DNA from: Phaeosaccion multiseriatum
Taxonomy: Eukaryota; Protista; Ochrophyta, other classes
Direction of reading: 5' to 3'
Assembly: GCA_965112735.1 (NCBI GenBank)
Contig: OZ218964.1
Location: forward strand, 2,480,001-2,544,000
Length of the DNA stretch: 64,000 bases
Of the stretch, positions 35,566 to 47,437 are shown in pieces. A model generated the notes under the pieces. It ran no database searches. It was given only the letters and a program-made list of their open reading frames with translations, and was not told the DNA's origin. The position numbers were made by a program, and so were the translations under genes. The first letter of the stretch is position 1; the number at the start of each line of letters is the position of its first letter.

Positions 35566-38500
35566 ATGATCATCCTGGCTCTTCTGAGCATCGGCTTGCT
35601 CACTCAGGTGCGTAATAGAATCTGAGACAAAAGCTCCAGTGGCAAAAAAAAGAGAGGGAAGGCACTTAAAATACTTTGACTCTTGATGTGATCTGTCCAG
35701 GGCGTCGCGTCGGCTGGGGGTGCAGAACAACAACAACGAGTTCTGCAGGCAGTGGACTGCTCCGCGCGCTGTCTGGAAATTAACCCCGAGGAGCCATGCT
35801 TTGAGGACTCCTCGTGCCCGGGCGGCGGCCAAGACGGGGGTGAGTACATCAAGCAGAGGGAGCCACCCTTTGCTTTCCCGAGGTATTTCTTGAGTACCAT
35901 TAGCTTCAGTCACCTTTTCGTGCCTCCTCCCCCTCTTGGCTTGGCTGCTTGACTTCGAACTTGGGGGAAAAGATGGATGCTTACAGCTTCATCTCTCGCT
36001 GTCCCCCCCCTTTTTTGCTGCTGACTGGCTGCTCTCCACCACAGGCACAGGATGCAATGCTGCTGGTATCGGCGTGCTGTGTCGCTTCTGCTCTTTTAAA
36101 AACTTTGGCCCGTGCCCAGGCGAGACATCCTCGGCCACTGACACTCCGGTGATGACGCCCACTCCAACAGGAGTGCCCGCCGCTGGAGGAAGCGACGACA
36201 CGTGCGGCACCCGTTGCTTGGGGATAAATGCAGTCGAGACTTGCTTCCTGGACCCTTCGTGTCTGGACTGCGCGAGTGACGCCCGCTCTTGTGAGTCCCT
36301 CGCTCCCCTCTGCTTGTCGCTCCTCCTTCCTGTTTTCGCCTCGCTCGGTCAGCACCCCATCCCCGCCCGTCTCGCTCCGGCCAAGTAAGCCAGTGCTCAC
36401 ATGGCCCTCCTCCCTCCATCCCCCGCCCTGGCCTCTCTCGAATCTCCACAGGCCTCGGATGCAACGCTGCCGGTCTCGGCCAAGAATGCCGCTACTGCTT
36501 CGGCGATTATGGTCCGTGCCCTGACGTCTCATCTTCGACACCAGAGCCAACGCCTGCTCCTGTGGACCCAGTGACCCCTGCACCCACGACAACACCCCCG
36601 GCCAGCTCTCCTACCACCATACCACCAACAAGCGTTCCAAGCAGCGGCGACACGTGCTCTGCCCGCTGCCTGTCTGTCGAGCCATGCGTTGAGGACGAAG
36701 GCTGTCTGGCGTGCGCCAGTGATCCTTACTCTTGTGAGTCAAGAAGAAAGGAGAGCAACCGTTGGATCCTGCCCGGTGACCTCACTCATGCGGTGTGGAC
36801 CTCTTTTGTTACTTCGCCGCTCCACAGGGTGACTGGCGCACTGCCTGTGACTCACCTCCTCCCGCCAATGACCCCCCCTCCTCCCCTCCTCCCCCTCTTG
36901 AATTTGCGTTTCTCCAATAAAAACAATGCCCAACACAGGTCTTGGATGCAACGCACGTGGTTTGGGACAAATTTGTCGCTTCTGTGGCTTCGGATTTTAC
37001 CCAGACTGCCAAGCAGCCCCTAGCATGTCCCCAGAAACGCAGGTTTGTGGCGATTTGTCGTGGGTGCCCTGCTGCTCCTCTGCCCTTGGTCGCCCTTCCT
37101 GTTGTTTTCTCTCCTGCCTTTCCTCCCTCTTTCCCTGACTGGAGGTTGCATACCTCGGTTGCTTGGTGCTTACCACGGCGCCATGCTTTCCCCCTCCGCC
37201 GCTGTGCCTCTCGGCCAACACACGGCCCCTCCATCAATCGTCTGTCATTCTCAGGCCCCGACCGTCGCACCAACAAGCGTCGTACCGACCTTAGCTCCAA
37301 CGACTGCTGCCCTCACTACTGCACCCTCTCCGGTATGATGTGGCTTCCAGGGAGCCCTCTCCGCCTCATTTTCTCTGCTCGCGTGTCTTAACTCTGGTGA
37401 CCAGTGCCTGAGCTTGCTCCCATCCTCCCCTGCTCTCACGTGGCACCCATCGTCTGTCATTCTCAGGCCCCCACCACCGCCGCTCCGACCCTCACCCCCA
37501 CGATGGCGCCCACCACCATGGCTCCAACCGCCACTCCGACGGCAGCTCCGACGACCGCTGCCCCCACTGATGCACCCACTCCGGTACGTCTCCCCTTCCT
37601 ATTGTTTCCTACCCTGCCTCTCCTCCCTCTCTCCCTGACTGGTGGTTGCGCAGCTTGGTTGCTTGCTGCTAGTCCCGGCGCCAATCTCGCCCCCCTCCCC
37701 CGCTGTTCCTCCCGGCCACACGGCCCTCCATCAATCGTTTGTCATTCTCAGGCCCCGACCACCGCCGCTCCGACCCTCACCCCCACGATGGCGCCCACCA
37801 CCATGGCTCCAACCGCCACTCCGACGGCAGCTCCAATGACTGCTGCCCCCACTGTTGCACCCTCTGATGTACGCCGGCTCTACCTTCCTCTGGCCTTCCC
37901 TTCCCTCTCCGCTGCCTCATTTTCTCTGCTCGTGTGTCCCAACTCTGATGACCGATGCCTAAGCATGTTCCCATCCCTCTTCCCCTGCTCTCACGCGGCA
38001 CCCATCGTCTGTCTCAGGCCCCTACCACAAACGCTCCGACGACCGCTGCACCGACTCAGGTACGCCACGAGTGTTTTCTGCGTGAAGGAGAGAGCGCGGG
38101 GTGTGGAGGAAGAAGTGAGGGAGGGAGTGAGTGAGTGGCGGAGCGAGTGAGGGGAGGACTGACACAGTCAGGGAGTTGGTGAGTGTGTGAGGGAGTGAGT
38201 GGGTGACGGAGTGAGGGACTGCAAAACTGAGCGAGGTACGGAGGAGGAGGGAGAAAATGTGCGCGTGCATGCGTGATTGTGTGAGTGATTGAGGGCGTGA
38301 GCGAGTGAGTGCGTGATGAAGTGAGTGGGTGAGTGAATGAGAAGTGCGTGCGTGATTGTGTGAGTGATTGAGGGCGTGAGCGAGTGAGTGCGTGATGAAG
38401 TGAGTGGGTGAGTGAATGAGAAGTGCGTGCGTGCGGCGTGAGTGATTGAGTCCATCCGTGCGCGAGTAAGTACGTGAGGGAGGGAGCAGTGCGTGAGTGA

Positions 38501-41500
38501 GCGAAAAACTGAGGGATTGGGGTGGGGTGGAGGTGGTGATATGTCACGACTTGGTGCCCTCCGCTTCTTCGCGTCGCCTCCTACCGCTTGGTGTGTCTCG
38601 TCTGTCTGAAGCTTACACCCATAATAATCCTTCTCCTTCGCTCTCGGCCTCCCACGTCCTCCATCGTCGTTCTCAGGCCCCGACCACCGCCGCCCCGACC
38701 CTCACCCCCACGATGGCGCCCACCACCATGACTCCAACCGCCACTCCGACCACCGCTCCGACGACTACTGCCCCCACGGCTGCTCCGACTCCGGTATGTG
38801 GGGGCTGTGGTGGTGCCGTTGTCTGCCTTACCTGCTGTTTCCTCCCCTGCTTCTCCTCCCTCTCCCTTACTGGTGGTTGCGTAGCTTGGTTGCTTGCTGC
38901 TAGCCCTGGCGCTAATCTCGCCCCCCCTCCGCCGCTGTTCCTCCCGTCCACACGGCCCTCCCATCAATCGTCTGTCATTCTCAGGCCCCGACCACCGCCG
39001 CTCCGACCCTCACCCCCACGATGGCGCCCACCACCATGGCTCCAACCGCCACTCCGACGGCAGCTCCGACGACCGCGGCCCCCACTGATGCACCCACTCC
39101 GGTATGTGGGGGCTGTGGTGGTGCCGTTGTCTGCCTTACCTGCTGTTTCCTCCCCTGCTTCTCCTCCCTCTCCCAGACTGGTGGTTGCGTAGCTTGGTTG
39201 CTTGCTGCTAGCCCTGGCGCTAATCTCGCCCCCCCTCCGCCGCTGTTCCTCCCGTCCACACGGCCCTCCCATCAATCGTCTGTCATTCTCAGGCCCCGAC
39301 CACCGCCGCTCCGACCCTCACCCCCACGATGGCGCCCACCACCATGGCTCCAACCGCCACTCCGACGGCAGCTCCGACGACCGCGGCCCCCACTGATGCA
39401 CCCACTCCGGTATGTGGGGGCTGTGGTGGTGCCGTTGTCTGCCTTACCTGCTGTTTCCTCCCCTGCTTCTCCTCCCTCTCCCAGACTGGTGGTTGCGTAA
39501 CTTGGTTGCTTGCTGCTAGCCCTGGCGCTAATCTCGCCCCCCCTCCGCCGCTGTTCCTCCCGTCCACACGGCCCTCCCATCAATCGTCTGTCATTCTCAG
39601 GCCCCGACCACCGCCGCTCCGACCCTCACCCCCACGATGGCGCCCACCACCATGGCTCCAACCGCCACTCCGACGGCAGCTCCCGTCGTACCCACCCCGG
39701 CACCCGTCGTACCCACCCCGGCACCCGTCGTACCCACCCCGGCACCCGTCGTACCCACCCCGGTACGTGGGGGCTGTGGTGGTGTCGTTGCCTGCCATTC
39801 CCTTCCCCTCCTCCACCTCGCCTCCTCTCTTCTTCTGTCTAGACTCTGACCTGTGCTTGCCACTTTGTTACCCATCTCTGCTCTCCCAACGTCCGCTCCA
39901 TCGTCTTCCTCAGGCACCGACCACCGCCGCCCCCACAATGGCACCCACCCCCATGCCCTTGACCCCAGCTCCGACGGCGGCTCCCACTGCTGCCCCTGGC
40001 GCAGGTGAGAGGGGGATGAGTGTTCGACAAGCAGCTCTATAGCCATCGCCAGAAGAGGGCTGGCTGGGAGGAGAGCCCAGGCGGTTTTCTCCCGTTGTCA
40101 CTGCCCTGTCCCCTTCCTCCGTCGCTCGCTTCATCCCTCCCGTCTTCATTCCCACCGCGCCTCCTCCGCTCCTCTCATCGTTCTCATCTTGCTCTGGCGT
40201 GAGAGTGCAGGCCTTATTCCTTGCTCTTGCTTCATTTCGTTCAAGTCCGCCGTCCTTGCTTGTCTATTCTTGTTGGCCCTGAACCCGTCCTCCGCCCCCC
40301 GCCCCATCGGTTGCCCCAACCCCCCCACTCACGATACCAACCCGACGGACCCAGGTGGGTGTCCAGCTGGCCTTGAGGCGGCCTCGGACCCTACCACCGA
40401 GGCTTGCGTGGACATCGACGAGTGTGCCGACGGTCTGGACGACTGTGGACCGGCGGGCATCGGGGAGTGCACCAACTCCTTCAGCAGCTTCAGGTGCTCC
40501 TGCCCGTACCCGTTTGCACTGGCTCAGGAGAGCAACACTTGTTTGGAAGGACAACCGGAGCTCATCTTCACCGAGGTGCGTGGCGGATGCGCGAGTCGTC
40601 GAAGCAAGGGCCTCTCTCTATTTTTTCGACCCAGCGGTTATAGTAGGAGCTGGTGAGCATATACGTGGCTGGCCGGTGGCTGGGATGAGAAGTGATCTCC
40701 CACTAGGGCGCTTGTTGGCTGTCCGCCGTATGCATGTATTTGCTTGGCATCCTTTCACGTTTCATGCTCTTGTTAACCTTTACCACGGGCCCCTTCCACA
40801 CGTCGCTGCCCCCTTTAACTGTAGGTGTCGTCACCGACCGACCCCGCAGTGCAGGCGCAATACGAGTCAGACTACTTGACCCTAAGCTTGGAAGGAAGCG
40901 CTGTGCTTTCCTCACCTCCCTCAATCTTCAACCTGCAGGGCACGCCTAGCGGCCAGATCATCATGTCCAAGTATCGAATTGGTTTGACGGACGCCCTCAT
41001 CAGTTTGATTCCGGAGGGTGTCGAAGATGCAGACCTCCTTCCGGGAGTTAGCGTGGGGTTCGACACTTCCGTGACGGGGCAAGTTCTCGGGGGGACCATC
41101 GAAAGTATGACCGGCCAAGGAGACCTAGTCTTCACCTCCGAGTTCGAGGCGGGGCCTGCAGGCCGCATACTCTCGGCGATGCAATTGAATTTCCCGCCGA
41201 CCCACTCGGAACCGCCTCCGACAGAGGAGGAGGTACGTCACCGCTGCCCTCATGCTGATGGGCCTTCGCGCCAGCGTGCGTGCGTGGCTTGGCTCCTGGC
41301 CCCCTCGCTCGCTCGCTCCTCCTCCTCCTCCTCCTCCTCCTCCTCCTCCTCCTCCTCCTCCTCCTCCTCCTCCTCCTCCACCACCTCCCCAAAGCCTCAC
41401 TTGCTTCAACGCCTCCGTCCTGACTCCTCTCCCTCCCCCCTCGACTGCTTTGCCCTGCCTCGCATTACACCACCAGCTGCTCGAGTTCAGTGAAAGTCCA

Positions 41501-42443
41501 GCTTCTCTTCTTCTTGAACTAGAGACCGCCTCTGACGGTGTCCTAACTGGAGTCCGCTTCGTCCCCAGCGCTGTGACTGAGTTCGTGGCCGCTTTGGAGG
41601 AGTTGGAGGAGACCGCGGAGGGTGGGGAGGAGAGGCGTCGTCTCCAGAACAAAGGGATTGAAGCTGCCAAGAGGATCCAGGCAATATTAGGGGAATGTTT
41701 CTCCAGGGGCCCGCCCAATGTAAGTCACTTGGGGAGCAAGCAAGTGTGTCACGAGAAGGGGCGGGTAGAAGCTGAGAAGGACCAAGTGAACAAGCAAGGG
41801 GTGGGTCACATGGAAGTGTTTGAAGTATGACGTTCGGAGCCACTCGTGCCACGCCCCTCGCCCGGCCCCTCCCTCTCTCACAATTGGACATTCTACCCCT
41901 GCCTCGCTCCGTCCGCTGATCTGTTACACCACTCTCTTGCTTTGTGCTCGCGACCTCTCACTCCAGTCTGCGGGGTGCTTCTTGACCTTCGTCGCAGAGA
42001 CTGCAGACTCCTTCTTCAAGGCGATTCGTTGCGTCTGCGCCATCTTGGACTTGGTCCCGTTGGGAAGGAATTTGGTCAAGAGGATACCCCTCATAAGGAT
42101 TATGTGCCTCGTGGGCGACATCATGGGAGGTTCGCTCCCGCCACCACCAGGAGCGACGACAGGTATATCCTTGGACCCTCCGCCCGGTCAAATTATCATC
42201 GGGTTTACAACTGGGCTGTGCGAGGCGGGGGAGGCGGTTAGTCAGGTCACCACGTACCCCTTCCCGCTCTGCTGCCGGCAAGGCTATCTCTACGCTTCCT
42301 GCTCGAATCAGTTCTGTGCCGGAGACGAGCCCAGGTGCCTAGCTGGACTCATCCGCGTGGAGACCCTCTCAGCCGGCCAGTTGTGGTACAATACGCCTCC
42401 GGGCTGTCGACAAGGGGACTGCGGGTGCCCTGTTGCTGCGTAA
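35566..42443 (+). CDS. Gene A: secreted mucin-like protein (signal peptide, 3 Cys-rich domains, Pro/Thr/Ala stalk exons, Ca-binding EGF, C-terminal Cys-rich region), about 18 exons
   Basis: In-frame GT-AG model: 35566-35607, 35701-35839, 36045-36290, 36452-36733, 36939-37042; stalk exons 37255-37332, 37467-37583, 37752-37868, 38018-38059, 38677-38793, 38985-39101, 39293-39409, 39601-39762, 39914-40004; then 40355-40575 (CVDIDEC..CTNSFSSFRCSC), 40825-41232, 41477-41719, 41967-42443. Confidence 0.85.
37440..39690 (+). repeat. Tandem exon+intron cassettes (117-bp exon; 285- or 308-bp period)
   Basis: Near-identical units encode APTTAAPTLTPTMAPTTMAPTATPTAAPTTAAPTDAPTP and include the intron sequence. 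Confidence 0.95.
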
Positions 42444-42988
42444 CAAGGAGTTTGAGCTCTCGTCGTTTCTTTCCTCGCCCCATGTTACTCTAGGCCCCTG
42501 CCTGATCAATACCCTCTCCACTCTGCAAAACACTGAAGAGAGGGCGCACTACTTCGTAGCTCGTCGTGGCTGAGTCAATTTATTGTTTTTGTCCTTTTTT
42601 GAATGAGAAGCCTCCTGAAGCAACAACCGTCCCCCTCATCTCCTGATAAAGTTCCGTAGCAGCTGCGGATAATCAAACACTAAACTAAACGGTCACAATG
42701 GTTAAAGGTCGAGTAGCTAACCCAATCCGTTGTCTCTATTAGCTTATCTTTGTCTGTCCTAAAGCGACAACGGCTGGTGGATAGTGGCGCTGTAGGCACC
42801 ATGCATTGCCCGATGCTCGGCCTTTCTCCAGGCCTTTCTCCACATACCTCTAGTTATCTGAACGAGAGAGAAACAGAAAAGGGAGGATGGAATAAGGAAC
42901 CAGATACTTTAAAAACGCAAACTGCGCCATACGCGACCACGTCTCTCAACTTCTACGAAGTACGATACAAGGTGATGCCGACACCACC

Positions 42989-45900
42989 TCAAACGGGGCA
43001 CGCCTGGAAGCGGCCGAAACCGCAGTAGCGGCATTCAGTCGTGGAAACCTTCTTGATCAAGGCCCCGCATCCAATGCCGCTGTCCTCGTACTGCCCCGAG
43101 GGGGGCTTCTCGCCCCCAGGGCACGTCTTGTCGAAGACACAGGGCTCGTAGGGGTTAACGGCGAGACAGGCAGCGGCGCACACGTCTAGGGGAGGTGCGT
43201 AGGTCGGAGGAGGGGTAGGCACGTAGGTGGAAGGAGGAGTGGGGACGTAGGTCGGTGTTGGCGTGGGCGGGTCGTCGCAACCGGTCTTGGGGGGGCAGTT
43301 GTTGTCCGCGGGGCACTTGGCGTCGCCAGGGAGCTTGTCGCACCTACGGCAGGTGCGCATGCCGAAGAGGTTGCACCCCTGGCCGCCGGGGCAGGAGTTG
43401 TCGATGAAGCAGGTGAGGCCCTGAGCGTCGCACATGCTCTGGCACTGGATGCAGTCTTGGTCCAAGCAGTCCTCTGTGGGGGGGGGGCGATGAGGGGCGT
43501 GTGTGTGATTCAGTGCTGGATGAGAGAAGAGACAGGGATTCTGAGTGGAAACGCAAGCAGCAGGGGTGGTGTCGCTCGAACGTGCTGTGAGGAAGGCATC
43601 GAAGCGAAGGAGCATTTTTCGTACCTGGAGGGGTAGGAGGGGGTGTGGGAGGGTGGGTAGGAGAAGAGGCAGGGGTCCCGGTGGGCGCGGCTGTGGTGGG
43701 TGCGGCCGTTGGGGCTGTGGTCGGGGCGGTGGAGGTTGGAGCCTGAGAATGATGATGGAAGACCACAGGAAAGCAGGTTGTGGAGAGGAGATGCAGCGTT
43801 AAGCTCCCAGGAGAGAATGAAAGGAGAGGAGGCGAGCGAGGGGTGGGCGCGGTAGGTAAAGGGAAGGGTAGAGGGCAGGGGGGGGCACCCGGCCGCCTCG
43901 TCACATACCTGAGTGGGTGCAGCCGTTGGGGCAGCCGTCGGAGCTACGGTCGGTTGAGCCGTCGGTGCAAGCGTCGGAGCGGCGGTGGTCGGAGCCTGAG
44001 AATGACAGACGATTGACGAAGGGGCCGTGTGACCGGGAGGAACAGCGGGGGAGGGGGGCGAGATTGGCGCCGGGACTAGCGGTAAGCAACCAAGCTGCGC
44101 AACCACCAGTCAGGGAGAGAGGGAGGAAAGGCAGGGTAGGAAGGAAACAATAGGAAGGGAAGACGTACCGGAGTGGGTGCATCAGTGGGGGCAGCGGTCG
44201 TTGGAGCTGCCGTCGGAGTGGCGGTTGGAGCCATGGTGGTGGGCGCCATCGTGGGGGTGAGGGTCGGAGCGGCGGTGGTCGGGGCCTGAGAATGACAGAC
44301 GATTGATGGAAGGGCCGTGTGGCCGGGAGGAACAGCGGTGGAGGGGGGGCGAGATTAGCGCCAGCGCTAGCAGCAAGCAACCAAGCTACGCAACCACCAG
44401 TCAGGGAGAGGGGGAGGAGAGACAGGGTAGGAAACAATAGGAAGGGGAGACGTACCGGAGTGGGTGCATCAGTGGGGGCAGCGGTCGTCGGAGCAGCCGT
44501 CGGAGTGGCGGTTGGAGCCATGGTGGTGGGCGCCATCGTGGGGGTGAGGGTCGGAGCGGCGGTGGTCGGAGCCTGAGAACGACAGACGATTGATGGAGGT
44601 CCGTGTGGCCGGGAGGAACAGCGGGGGAGGGGGGCGAGGTTAGCGCCGGGACTAGCAGCAAGCAACCAAGCTACGCAACCACCAGTCAGGGAGAGAGGGA
44701 GGAGAGACAGGGTAGGAAACAATAGGAAGGGGAGACGTACCGGAGTGGGTGCATCAGTGGGGGCAGCGGTCGTCGGAGCAGCCGTCGGAGTGGCGGTTGG
44801 AGCCATGGTGGTGGGCGCCATCGTGGGGGTAAGGGTCGGAGCGGCGGTGGTCGGGGCCTGAGAATGATAGACCATCGATGGAGGTCTGTGTGGCCGGGAG
44901 GAACAGCGGGGGAGGGGGGCGAGGTTAGCGCCGGGACTAGCAGCAAGCAACCAAGCTGCGCAACCACCAGTCAGGGAGAGAGGGAGGAGAAGCAGGGTAG
45001 GAAACAGCAAGGAAGGGGACACGTACCGGAGTGGGTGCATCAGTGGGGGCAGCGGTCGTCGGAGCAGCCGTCGGAGTGGCGGTTGGAGCCATGGTGGTGG
45101 GCGCCATCGTGGGGGTGAGGGTCGGAGCGGCGGTGGTCGGGGCCTGAGAATGACAGACGATTGACGGGAGGGCCGTGTGGCCGGGAGGAACAGCGGCGGA
45201 GGGAGGCGAGATTGGCGCTGGGGTTAGCGCAAACAAGCAATCAATCCACGCAACCACCAGCCAGGGAAAGAGGGAGGAGAAGCAGGGGAGGAAACAGAAG
45301 CAAGGCATAGAACGGTCGGCACCACTAGCCTCCACATACCGGAGTGGGTGCCGGGGTGGGGGCCACCGCAATGATCTCTTGGATCTTGATGGAGATAAAG
45401 GCGTTCGTGAAGGCCTCGGCCTCAATGCCTGCACGGGTCGAAGCCGAGTACAGACACACACGCAGACATACGTAGCAGCGAGAGAAGCAGTGGCTTTCAG
45501 TGGGCAAGATGGAAACCAGGAACCGAGGTGAACGAGACAAAACAGGGCTCCAAGAACTCCCTTACAGCCCAGTTTCCTTACCTCCGCTGTCAAGGAGATC
45601 CAGATTCCACACGCCACCCCCCGTGGCGAAGGCGAGTGGTCCATAGTCGCGTGCGCCGCCCCCTGGAGCGAAAGGTGATTGATCGACGTCTGCCACGGGT
45701 ACGAAGCCCCCCGAGCCGTCGGAAGTGTAGGCCGTGTACGTCTCCATGCCATCCGCATTCGGGACGAGGTCTTTCGTGACTCCCAGGATGACATTGCCAG
45801 CAGAGCTCCTGTGCGTGCATGCATGTGGGTGAGGGGTGCGTGAGGGGGTCTGGTGGTTAGCCTTGCTGCATTGTAGCTGCTGCTTGTGTCTTAACGAAGG

Positions 45901-46796
45901 CGGAAGGAGGCTCTCCAGGCTTCGCTCATTAACTACCTACGCGGACTCGCCCACCCAGCATGTCGGTGCCAAGCTTACGTGATGCGGGCGGAGATGACAG
46001 TGTTCATGACCCACCCGTCCTCGATAAGCAGGGCGGTGGTGGTGTCTGGAGGTCGCAAGAGCGTTCGAAAGTAGGGTTAGAGTGGCGACAAGTCTAGCGA
46101 CATACACACAACATACACACATAAGCAGAGCGACAGAGAGAGGGCGAGGCAGAGAGAAAGGGGCGTTGAAAGAAAAATTGAGACTCACCGATTGTGTCTA
46201 CACTGCGTGGACTGCGTTCCTCATCCGTGACCAGAATGCCCACACGAATGGTAGTGTCGCAGCTGCCAGGTGTGAGCGAGGGAAAGGGATGAGAGTAGAA
46301 GAAGGCAAGGAGAAGGGGGAGGACAAGTAATGGATACTTTCCTCAAGAACCGTTCTCGCCCTCGCTCCCCTCCCCTTTCCTTCCTGTGCATAAAGCAAAA
46401 CGCCTCTGCCTCTACGCGTGTTCACACCTCGAGTCGACTGTGAGGGCGTCCACTTCACCGTCGGCAAATGCGATGGCGAGGTACCCTTCCTCTGTCCCTC
46501 CGGAGGCCCGGTAGGGGTTGGAGTACGCCGCCGCATCCCACTCGCCGCAGCCCAAGTTCCTCGGCAAGCGCTCGAAACCAACGCTGCACAGGCAGGTAGT
46601 TGGGGCCGAAGCCTTCAGAGGCAACATCGGTGAAGAGCTTGGGGAGGACGGCCGTCGAGATCCACTCCTGCGCGCCGCCCATGCTGCCTGACTCGTCCAT
46701 CACCACACCCACGACGATGCAGGTGCCTGCCGAGGCGTTCCAGATGAAAGTCACGCCGGTGAGAAGGCCAAGGAGCACGTTGCTTTTGCGAGCCAT
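42989..46796 (-). pseudogene. Gene B: secreted vWA-domain + mucin stalk + 2 Cys-rich domains, 12 exons; frameshifted in exon 1 as given
   Basis: Exons 46796-46428, 46262-46189, 46045-45979, 45808-45582, 45428-45340; stalk 45143-45027, 44857-44741, 44572-44456, 44285-44169, 43995-43909, 43742-43625; last 43473-42989. Motifs are MIDAS DESGSM, GGTEEGY and ILVTDEER. A CAGG duplication at 46589-46596 breaks the frame. Confidence 0.8.
43975..45190 (-). repeat. Tandem exon+intron cassettes (285-290 bp period), an inverted copy of the gene A cassettes
   Basis: The reverse complement matches 37440-37870 in both exon and intron. Confidence 0.95.
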
Positions 46797-46908
46797 GCTT
46801 GCTGCTGCTGCTACATTTGCGGGCCAGGGGCGTGCCAGGTCAGTAAACTTATTAGAGTAAACGCTACTATACTAAGTAACGCACGATCTTACAACAACCA
46901 CCCCGCCA

Positions 46909-47401
46909 TTACTCTCCTTCCTCTGCTTGGCTGCGTCCTACCTCTTGCAGACGTCGACATTTGCCACAGGAGCCCAAGTTTTTTGCCCCGGCCCGTTTGC
47001 CTGTGGGGTACGTGGTGGCGTGTAGTGGAGCGCTGAGACGCGTCATATGGACCCCTTTCCTCCCATTGCCCCCTCCCCCCCCTGCCTTCCCCGATGTGCC
47101 ATTCCCGCTGCTGCTGTTGCGTGACCCGTCCTACCTTTCCATATGCATGGCTCATCTCTCGCGCGTACGACAGGGTTCGACTTTTGCGTCCGGCACCTGT
47201 TGCGACGGCGTCTTTTGGTATGTGCATCCTCCGCATCACCACCACGCGCGCCCAAACATGTCGAGCCTCTTCGTTCCTCCCGCTCCCTGGCTGACTTTCG
47301 AGTAACACCTCTCCATCCACGCGCATTCGGGGCTGAGCTTGGAAGCTCATTACCAAATGCAATCTGCCTCTGCTGCCCCCCGCACCCGCGGCCTATCCAC
47401 A

Positions 47402-47437
<36 letters not shown>

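Noticed and set aside
43901-45040. 379-aa ORF with alternating PT-rich and hydrophobic repeats, resembling a multi-pass membrane protein
   Set aside because: The hydrophobic parts are pyrimidine-rich introns bounded by GT..CTCAG in each cassette.
37043-45339. Near-identical introns interpreted as Introner elements
   Set aside because: The adjacent exons are duplicated together with the introns, which indicates segmental tandem duplication or conversion rather than independent intron insertion.
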